From Candidatus Woesearchaeota archaeon (GTDB lineage Archaea; Nanobdellota; Nanobdellia; Woesearchaeales; GW2011-AR4): a DNA stretch of 64,000 nucleotides. Shown one piece after another: positions 18,539 through 26,131 of this stretch. The notes below the pieces were generated by a model that saw only the letters and a program-made list of their open reading frames with translations, was not told the origin of the DNA and searched no databases. Position 1 is the stretch's first letter; each line of letters starts with the position of its first letter. The stretch lies in the NCBI GenBank assembly GCA_016185755.1, contig JACPMX010000010.1, forward strand, positions 3,863 through 67,862, given 5' to 3'. The position numbers were made by a program, and so were the translations under genes.

Positions 18539-19719
18539 ATTCTATTGACAGTTACTGTCTGGTAATCCGAAAGGCTGCCGTCGCTGGCTTCGACCCTGAA
18601 ATTGATTTGCGGAATTTCAAGTTTTTTCGGCAATGAGGGGGTTATGGTGAAAGTAATGTTGTCCTCGTCAGGATCCTCCGCCTTCAGCCGGTAATTATCT
18701 AAAAGATCATCTTGTTTTATTTCAAAATTGTGCGGAAATTCAAGTGTGCCCTTCCTTATGTAATAAAGTGCCGGCATCCTGTTCCTCCTTGCAAAAATAT
18801 ACTCGAGCGGCTTTCCGTAAACCAGTGATTTGGCATCTTCTACAATTATGATGTCATCATTGGAAATTTCATTTTTCCTTGTTTTAACTTCAAAAAAATC
18901 CTTGCTGTTTTTTGCATCGCTTATGTCAAATTTTATGTTTTTGATGTCGTTTTCAATCAGCTCTTTCGAAAAAAAGTAAAGGTCCCTGAGCCTTACGCCA
19001 GCATTTGCCGAGAATTCATTCATCTCCGCAAGCTCATTTGTTGCAGGGTTCCTTATTGTTATGGGCATTTTTGTCCTTATGCTGACATCGCCGCTTCCTA
19101 TAGTCACTTCTGTCTTCGAGGGCTGCACCTCAATTTCCAGGCCCTGTTTTTCAAAAGGCTCAAGATTAGCGCAGCTTTCCATGTTCTTGTCAATGAATGA
19201 TTCTATCTGCACCTGGATTGAGTTTGGCCCCTCGGAAGAGTTCAGCGGCGGCATGTTGCTTATCCCGAAAAACCCGTCAAAAATTTCTGCATTTGAAGCT
19301 GCTGTCCTGTAAGGGAATGCCGCCCATGGATAGTCCGGGGCATCTGATGCGTACGGCGCCACCGCAAATTTTGGAGGTAAAATATTATATGCCACTTTGA
19401 AATTGTTGTGGTTGGCAAAAAAAATTCCCTCGTCAGTATCCTGGTAGTCGACCAAAGTTCCGCCCTGGCTCGCATATATGTATCCCCCCTGCCTGCCGAG
19501 CAAAATTATCGCGTCCTTTGCAAGCTTGTCAATGCATTTTGCGGCAAATTCCTTGATCGGCTGCACTTCAGCTGCTGCGTCCTGCGTCCTTTTTATGTTC
19601 TGCTGGCTTTGCTTCCTGACAGCCGATTTTGACAGGTACAGGGCAAGGCTGATCGCGATGAAAATAACCAGGCCTACAATGAGCAGCATCGTGACCTGTG
19701 ACTTCAGCTTCAGCCTCAT
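18535..19719 (-). CDS. Pilin-like protein with C-terminal Ig/cadherin-like module
   Basis: KLKS|QVTMLLIVGLVIFIAIS; LLGRQGGY; AEDPDEDNITF..VEASDG. Confidence 0.78.
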   Translation of the reverse strand: MRLKLKSQVTMLLIVGLVIFIAISLALYLSKSAVRKQSQQNIKRTQDAAAEVQPIKEFAAKCIDKLAKDAIILLGRQGGYIYASQGGTLVDYQDTDEGIFFANHNNFKVAYNILPPKFAVAPYASDAPDYPWAAFPYRTAASNAEIFDGFFGISNMPPLNSSEGPNSIQVQIESFIDKNMESCANLEPFEKQGLEIEVQPSKTEVTIGSGDVSIRTKMPITIRNPATNELAEMNEFSANAGVRLRDLYFFSKELIENDIKNIKFDISDAKNSKDFFEVKTRKNEISNDDIIIVEDAKSLVYGKPLEYIFARRNRMPALYYIRKGTLEFPHNFEIKQDDLLDNYRLKAEDPDEDNITFTITPSLPKKLEIPQINFRVEASDGSLSDYQTVTVNRI

Positions 19720-22097
19720 TTCAACCTCAGCTTTGAAGTCAAATCAGGCCATATTGTCTCGGGATTTATATTCGTGAACTGGCTGCCCTGGACAAGAACA
19801 TAATAATTGTTTCCTTCTTTCTTGCACGATATTCCTGATGACACATCTTTCTTCGCCTCGCTGAACTGGTCCAGGAAATTGCATACATCCACGTCAAAGC
19901 CCGAGTATTCAATAACTGCATTCTTGAACCTTGCCCCTTCTATTGTTCCCTTTATTGTCTTGCCGCTGTCCTGTGAGATATAGAGCTTGTCAAATTTATT
20001 TACTCCTTTTAGGTATGACTCGTCAAATGGCGGGGTTGTCACGAGCCTTTTTATTGAATCTATTATATTCCTGATGGGGCCGCCTATAAGCTCGCTGAAA
20101 GGGCCGGATGAATCCTGCCCGGAAGGCACTGTTATTGCGCTTGCGCTGTAGATGAGGCTCTTAAGCTTCTTGTTAAACCACACCTTGTTCGTTGGGTCGC
20201 AAGGGTGGTACTGGCCGTCATCAATCAGGGCATCATCGCAGCTTTCCACTCCGAATATGTTCAGGCTGTCCCCTGTGATTTCCGACAGGTTTTTGTTTAT
20301 GGATGTGGCTGCCGCTATTTTGCTGCCGGTTTTCAAAACGCAGAAATTATTTGATTTGAGGCTTGACAGGATATTTGTTGCTGCAGCATTGGATTCAGTG
20401 AGGTACTGGAGGTCGTTAAGCGTGTTTTCCTTGTTGTCGCAGGAAAGCGCAAAGTCGCCGCTCTTCATTTCCAGCAGCTTCATGGCCAGCAATTTTGTCC
20501 TTGTGGACCATGCTCCGTTCTCGCAGAAATTATCGTCAAAATAGTCTCCTGATTCCAGGCATTGTGTTCGTTCCTCTTTTCCAAAAACATTTGCAAGGCA
20601 TTGTGATTTCTTCGGGCAGAATCCTGAAGCCCCGTCATCAACAGTAAATCTAAGCTCCGATTCTGTCCACTCGCCGTCAATGCACCTGGAGTTTGCGCCT
20701 GTCGGCTGCGCCAATGGATCGTCTCTTTGGTTTTCGGCGCATTTTTCACCATCCCAGCATTCTTCTGCAGCGCAGCAGTCTGCGGCTTGCTTTGGATTTT
20801 GGACTGGTGCAAAGCTGACATGCGCCTTGTCCGTGCCGTCAGTTTGCATCCATTTTTCAGTGTATGAGCAATAATAGTTTTTTCCCGGGTCATTGAAGCA
20901 GTATTCGTGGTTTGTTATCAATGCTGCTCCGGTATGCTTGTCAGCGAGGCTCGATAAGCCGTCATTATTCTTATTGAAATTATTTTTATCAACTGCGCAG
21001 CCATGGAATTCCCCGTTGAAATTCACAACAGACTCTTCGGTGCCTTCAACAAAAGAAACACTTATGACTGGCTTCTTGTCAAAGCATCCGCCTGTCCCTC
21101 CAATGTCATTATAGTTCTCCCCAGGGTCATCATCCTCGCTGCAGCATTTTGTGCCAGTCCATGTGAACCCTGCCTTCTCGCATGTTGCCTTGTTTTTTCC
21201 TATTAGTGTCTTATCTTTGATTTGTGAATTTGGAACATCCAAATCAGTGACAAATTTCCTGTCTGAGCGGCAGTAATAGGTTTTTGCATCATTTGTTGAG
21301 ACTGCATTTGCCGTTATTTCATTTGCAACAGCATTGCCTGTGATTTCATCACGATTTGCAATGGTTTTTTGGGCTGCCTCGTTCTCGGATTTCTCCGGGT
21401 TTACAGATTGCCCTGTTGAGAGCCTTTTCCCGTCAACCCTTGATTTGCATGAGCCGTCGCCGCAGCATTCTACAACTGATTCCCTTCCTTTTCCGATGCA
21501 TACGTACTCGCTGTTACCGATTGTTCTTCTCCAGAATGTGCCGTCGCACTTAATCCAGTTGACTCCGTCAGACAGGTATTCTATTCCTGCGCAGCCTACA
21601 AACCTTATATCCCCCAAATTCGGGGTTGAAGGCAGCCATTGCGCAGATTCTGCGTTTGAATCTATATTGCACAATACCCCTGAGCTTACCTTGCCGCAGT
21701 CTTCTGCATCGTCGCCGCAGCATTTTGCCTTTGCGTTCCAGTCTGTTCCGGCAATGCAGTTGCACGCGCCGCTTGAGTCATCAGGATTGCTTTCCTGAGG
21801 CACTGACTCTGAAACGCCTCTGCAGTCGCAGCCATCGCCTCTTTTGCACTTATTTTCCGGAAGAAAATATCCAAAATCTGCTGGGCCTAATTCTCCGAAT
21901 CCCGCTTTTGCGTCGCCTGTTTTATAGCAGCCTGCGCTCTGTACCGGGCATGGAGGTGGAGGTGGCGGACTTCCCCCTCCTCTTCTTCCCCTTCCTCCCC
22001 CTGCCTCAGCGAAAATTGAAAAAGATGCAAATAGTATTATTGCAATGCATAAGATAGAATAAATCCTAGAACACGTATTATTCTTGCTGCCCGTCAT
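19716..22097 (-). CDS. Large secreted Cys-rich protein, first gene of the cluster
   Basis: Signal peptide, GRGRRGGG-S-P6 linker, repeated CCGDD/CCGDG/CCSEDD units. Confidence 0.8.
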   Translation of the reverse strand: MTGSKNNTCSRIYSILCIAIILFASFSIFAEAGGGRGRRGGGSPPPPPPCPVQSAGCYKTGDAKAGFGELGPADFGYFLPENKCKRGDGCDCRGVSESVPQESNPDDSSGACNCIAGTDWNAKAKCCGDDAEDCGKVSSGVLCNIDSNAESAQWLPSTPNLGDIRFVGCAGIEYLSDGVNWIKCDGTFWRRTIGNSEYVCIGKGRESVVECCGDGSCKSRVDGKRLSTGQSVNPEKSENEAAQKTIANRDEITGNAVANEITANAVSTNDAKTYYCRSDRKFVTDLDVPNSQIKDKTLIGKNKATCEKAGFTWTGTKCCSEDDDPGENYNDIGGTGGCFDKKPVISVSFVEGTEESVVNFNGEFHGCAVDKNNFNKNNDGLSSLADKHTGAALITNHEYCFNDPGKNYYCSYTEKWMQTDGTDKAHVSFAPVQNPKQAADCCAAEECWDGEKCAENQRDDPLAQPTGANSRCIDGEWTESELRFTVDDGASGFCPKKSQCLANVFGKEERTQCLESGDYFDDNFCENGAWSTRTKLLAMKLLEMKSGDFALSCDNKENTLNDLQYLTESNAAATNILSSLKSNNFCVLKTGSKIAAATSINKNLSEITGDSLNIFGVESCDDALIDDGQYHPCDPTNKVWFNKKLKSLIYSASAITVPSGQDSSGPFSELIGGPIRNIIDSIKRLVTTPPFDESYLKGVNKFDKLYISQDSGKTIKGTIEGARFKNAVIEYSGFDVDVCNFLDQFSEAKKDVSSGISCKKEGNNYYVLVQGSQFTNINPETIWPDLTSKLRLK

Positions 22098-22188
22098 AGT
22101 ACCTCTTTTTTGGTTTTAAAGTATGTCAAATATAGGTTTATACTCCAATATCTCCTATTAAAATCTTTTGTTTTTAAATATATGGCAA

Positions 22189-23403
22189 TCACCTGGCAAG
22201 GAATGTTGCTATCTGGCTGGCTGCTCTTGCCGTTTCATTGTTTAAATCCTGCTTTGGGAGAAGCTCCTGTATGTCTCCAAGAATGGTGATGTTGCCATTA
22301 GAAGTTCCAAATTTTATGCCATTTACCGCTGCCTGATATTTGATATGTCTGATGTAATGTTTAATCTCAATTGGCTCAAGCCCCTCTGAAAACCCTTCTT
22401 CTGATTCGGCAAAGCTAGGCTGGCTTCTGTTTTCAAACCTTATTGATGCTATTGCAGGGGCGAGTATGGAGTATTCAAACCCAGCATATTTGGTTGGAAG
22501 CACATCCAGGTCCACACTTATCATTATGTTTGTGATACCTGCTTCCCTCATGTTTCTAATGCTGCCTGACAAAACCGGTTGCCATTTTCCATCCGCTAAG
22601 TTCTTGTCAGAGTATATTTCCATTATCTTGAAAATGTCGTATCTTGTGAAATCCTGGCCAACAGAATATTGTGCCCATTGCTTTGCAGCCTCTGAAGCTC
22701 CAAGAAAGACGATGTAATCTGCATACCCCTCTATGAGCAGCTTTCCAAATATATTTTCTTTCCCTACTATGTTTTCCTTGTCTCTGGTGCCGTATATGTC
22801 AACATGCTCGTCAAAAACGATTATCCCTATTTTTGCGTTTGGATTGATTTCTTTTGCTGCCTTGAAAGTCAGGAGAGACAATCCATGGTCCGTGCCAATG
22901 AATATGTAGCTGGAATATTTGCCTGAAATTAATCTCTTTATGCATGCTGTGATTTTTCCAGCAAATTCCTCAGTTGAGTTGTATATTTCAGTGTCCTTGA
23001 GCATCAATTCTCTGTAATCAGGGCTGCATTCCTCTGCGCTGTACTGCATGATCAGCCTTGTGGTGTTTTCCAAAGAAGAGATGTTGTATTGTATATTCAC
23101 CCTTTCTTTTATGTTTTCAATTTCAGGTTCTCTTGTTTCAGCATCAGGGTTCTGAGCGTGCACTTTAGAAAGCTGCCGGAAGCTCTGCAGCAGGAATTTG
23201 TCGTCTATGTTTTCCGTTATCTTGCCGCTAGCTGCAATATAATCCCGTATATCCCCGGCATATTCAAGGTTTTTGCTCATTGGTTCCTTTTCAAGGCTAA
23301 TCCATACTACAGAAGAAGTTTCTGCAGTATTTTCAGTGATGAATTGCCATGCAAACAAAAGCAGGAAAAATAAAAATGCCAGTGCACATTTGCTGATTTT
23401 CAT
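22189..23403 (-). CDS. Arginase/ureohydrolase-fold metallohydrolase with N-terminal signal or anchor
   Basis: GTDH, FDEHVD and SVDLDVL metal-binding motifs; MKISKCALAFLFFLLLFAW N-terminus. Confidence 0.75.
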   Translation of the reverse strand: MKISKCALAFLFFLLLFAWQFITENTAETSSVVWISLEKEPMSKNLEYAGDIRDYIAASGKITENIDDKFLLQSFRQLSKVHAQNPDAETREPEIENIKERVNIQYNISSLENTTRLIMQYSAEECSPDYRELMLKDTEIYNSTEEFAGKITACIKRLISGKYSSYIFIGTDHGLSLLTFKAAKEINPNAKIGIIVFDEHVDIYGTRDKENIVGKENIFGKLLIEGYADYIVFLGASEAAKQWAQYSVGQDFTRYDIFKIMEIYSDKNLADGKWQPVLSGSIRNMREAGITNIMISVDLDVLPTKYAGFEYSILAPAIASIRFENRSQPSFAESEEGFSEGLEPIEIKHYIRHIKYQAAVNGIKFGTSNGNITILGDIQELLPKQDLNNETARAASQIATFLAR

Positions 23404-23453
23404 TTTAAATCCCAAAACGAAGCTTTTTATATATATTTGCAAAGATTTGGTTT

Positions 23454-24506
23454 ATGGAGCCAAAAAGGTGGGTTGCCCTTGACTGCTTCAAGGCTGCCGC
23501 GATTTTTGTCATGATATCATGGCACCTTTCAATCTGGTGGGCCAATCTGAACCCGGCAGTTGGAAAAAGCCTTCTTATGGTTGGTGTCACGCCGTGGCCT
23601 TACTTTCTCCAGGTTGTTGTTGCCTTTTCCGGCCATTTCGTGATGTCTATACCTGTCATTGCCGGGGCATCGCTGAGATTTTATTTGGATAAGCATGGCA
23701 GCCGGCTAAACAGGAAAAAAGTGATGGCTGCTATAGCAAAAAGGGCTTCTGCGCTTGCTGCCCTTGGATTCACAATGAATTTACTTGCTTTCGGGCCGGA
23801 ATACTGGCATTTATGGAATGTGCTGCAGCTGGTTTCCCTGAGCATGGTTATAATAGCTTTTTTGGCCTTGTACTCTTCGCCATATCTTCTTGCCATATCC
23901 GGCTTCGCGGTGATTTTCTCTGCTCCATTCATGAGGGATTTTTTGCAGGGGGCAGATTACTATCCCGCTTTTGCCCTTGTTGGGGACAGGCTTGGCGACA
24001 ATATATGGTCTTTTTTCCCGTGGTATGGCGTGGTTGTTTACGGCTTCCTGGCTGCGCATCTGTACCTTAGCTTCAAGGCAAAAAAACAAGAAAATATTTT
24101 CAGGGTTGTTCTTGCTTCTGCGAGCCTGTTGATTATTTTTATTGCATTTATTAAGGGCAGTTTCTTTTATGCAGTAGATCTGCAGTATCCTTGGGGCCCG
24201 TTGCTTTTCCAGCCCCATACGCTGACCGTTTTAGCGCAGCTTTCAGTTTTTACTTTATTGATAATGCTGGCGGATGTTATTTCATCCGGAATTAAACTAA
24301 GCAAGTTCGGAATTATTAATGTTTTTTCAAAAGGAATTTTATGGATTTACATTGCCCATATGGTTGTTGGATTCCGCCTCATCGAATTTCTTGTTGATAA
24401 CGGATTCCAAAGCGGCCCGGTGCTGTTTTTTGTAATGGCTTTCATTTTTATGCTGAGCTATGCTGTTGGAGCTGCCTTGGTTTTAAAAAAAGAAAACTCG
24501 TCATAG
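23454..24506 (+). CDS. Polytopic membrane acyltransferase-like protein (DUF1624/HGSNAT catalytic-domain-like)
   Basis: RWVALDxxKAxAIFVMIxxH N-terminus, WNVLQ, FFPWYG; many TM helices. Confidence 0.75.
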   Translation: MEPKRWVALDCFKAAAIFVMISWHLSIWWANLNPAVGKSLLMVGVTPWPYFLQVVVAFSGHFVMSIPVIAGASLRFYLDKHGSRLNRKKVMAAIAKRASALAALGFTMNLLAFGPEYWHLWNVLQLVSLSMVIIAFLALYSSPYLLAISGFAVIFSAPFMRDFLQGADYYPAFALVGDRLGDNIWSFFPWYGVVVYGFLAAHLYLSFKAKKQENIFRVVLASASLLIIFIAFIKGSFFYAVDLQYPWGPLLFQPHTLTVLAQLSVFTLLIMLADVISSGIKLSKFGIINVFSKGILWIYIAHMVVGFRLIEFLVDNGFQSGPVLFFVMAFIFMLSYAVGAALVLKKENSS

Positions 24507-25097
24507 CCCTTTTGCTTTGCCCATTCCAAGAATTTTGAACATGCTTCCTATATCGTGATGCGCCCTCAGCCCATACGGCTTTTCAGAAAAAGCCCCTATG
24601 GCCGTTTTTGCCCCATACTTATGGCAAAGCCTGATGTTCTGCATCATCCTGCCTATCGTTAAGGATGCTGCTGGCGGATTTTGGCTTACCAGTGAGCTGT
24701 AGGAAAATCCGATTGCTACATTGTTTTTTGCCGCAAGCTCGCATAAAACATGGTTCAGCCCTGAAGCCCTCTGGTGCAGATAATCTTTTCTTGGCACAAA
24801 CTCAAATCCGTAGATGATTTTTATTTTCCTGCTTTCGATGAAAAACCTGTCATTGCCCGAGCTTCTCGCTACAATAAATTTTGAATGCTTCGATGCCGTG
24901 TTGATGTTTTTTTCATTGGCAATGATGCCGATTTCAGCTTCTACGCTGCTTTTTATTGAATCCAGCCTTTCCTGGATTTTTCCCATTTCGAATCCGTCAA
25001 AATCATAAAGAAAATAGAGCTTTTTAATGCCAAGCTTTGATGCTATTTCAATGAACCCTATTTCATTGTTTCTAGGCAGTACAAAATCAGCATCCAT
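24501..25097 (-). CDS. rnp3: Ribonuclease P protein subunit Rpp30
   Basis: SGLNHVLCELAAKNNVAIGF..MMQNIRLCHKY..LRAHHD. Confidence 0.88.
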   Translation of the reverse strand: MDADFVLPRNNEIGFIEIASKLGIKKLYFLYDFDGFEMGKIQERLDSIKSSVEAEIGIIANEKNINTASKHSKFIVARSSGNDRFFIESRKIKIIYGFEFVPRKDYLHQRASGLNHVLCELAAKNNVAIGFSYSSLVSQNPPAASLTIGRMMQNIRLCHKYGAKTAIGAFSEKPYGLRAHHDIGSMFKILGMGKAKGL

Positions 25098-25137
25098 ATA
25101 AATATTTTAGCCGCTTTTTATATAAAGCTATTGCTGC

Positions 25138-25158
25138 TTCCATGCGAAATGAAGGGGG
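25138..25158 (+). promoter_or_regulatory. Orphan ORB-like element
   Basis: TTCCATGCGAAATGAAGGGGG; first 18 bp identical to 37018-37035; G-string present. Confidence 0.7.
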
Positions 25159-25347
25159 CATATTTCTTCAAAAATCCATTTTGCGATCGCTCTATTTAAA
25201 AACAAAAGTATTTATAAATAAATCCACTTTATAAATATTTATAAAGAAATTACATAAAAAGAGCTGATTTAAAGCCTTATAGGTTTATTGGGGGTGTTTT
25301 AAGGCTTTATCAATGGAATTAACTATTAATAATCGGAGGAATCTAAA

Positions 25348-25902
25348 ATGGTAAAGAAAGAAACCAAAAGAGACATAAAAGTAGTTAATATAGTAGTTTC
25401 TACGTCTTTAAAGCACGATATACCGCTTGAAAAGATGGCTGCGACATTAAGCAACACTGAATACAATCCCGAGCAGTTTCCCGGGCTTGTAATAAGGATA
25501 AAAGAGCCTAAAACATCCGCTTTGATATTCTCAAGCGGCAAAGTGGTCTGCACAGGCGCAAGGTCAATGGACAAGGTGGAGGAGAGCATAAAGAAGATAA
25601 TAAAGAGCCTGGAAAAGATAAATGTGAAGATAACCATAAAGCCTGAAATCAAGATACAGAACATTGTCGCATCAGGCAGCGTTGGCATGGACCTTAACCT
25701 GAATACTTTGGCCATGAAGCTTGAAAATACAGAGTACGAGCCGGAGCAGTTTCCAGGGTTGGTCTACAAGCTGGCTGCTGCAAAGGCAACTTTCCTGTTG
25801 TTTAGCAACGGAAAAGTCGTTTGCACTGGAACAAAAAGCGAGAAGGAAGTGCATGCAGCCCTGGATAAGCTGATTGAAAACCTGAAAAGGGTAAAGGCCT
25901 GA
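25348..25902 (+). CDS. tbp: TATA-box binding protein
   Basis: Two repeats NIVxS..EYxPEQFPGL..FSxGKVVCTG. Confidence 0.99.
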   Translation: MVKKETKRDIKVVNIVVSTSLKHDIPLEKMAATLSNTEYNPEQFPGLVIRIKEPKTSALIFSSGKVVCTGARSMDKVEESIKKIIKSLEKINVKITIKPEIKIQNIVASGSVGMDLNLNTLAMKLENTEYEPEQFPGLVYKLAAAKATFLLFSNGKVVCTGTKSEKEVHAALDKLIENLKRVKA

Positions 25903-26076
25903 TTTCAATTTTATTTAATTGGAAATTTAAAAAACGAGAACGGCCTCTGGCTATAAAGCAAATTGAGGCGACCGTTTTTGGATACAAAAGGGGAAGTTTG
26001 AGGGGCACCCATTATTGCTTACGGAGCATGGGTCTCAGCGTTTATTTGAAATTTTGATTTGAAATGAGCATGCCTG

Positions 26077-26109
26077 ACCACTGGACATTCCCATGCAAGA
26101 TATTTAAAG
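26077..26109 (+). promoter_or_regulatory. mcm promoter: ACCACTGGACAT box plus TATA
   Basis: ACCACTGGACAT-N11-ATATTTAAAG, 22 nt before ATG 26132. Confidence 0.65.
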
Positions 26110-26131
26110 GGCAAAAACAAAGTTGGTGATC

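Noticed and set aside
13512-22057. Many long + strand ORFs, e.g. 15120..16403 (427 aa)
   Set aside because: Antisense shadows of well-supported minus-strand genes, with no motifs. The same applies to antisense ORFs over mcm, DP2, ribosomal genes and pheS.
3426-22097. Interpretation as an archaellum operon or provirus
   Set aside because: No ArlH/ArlI/ArlJ, capsid, terminase, portal or integrase motifs; composition resembles the core genes.
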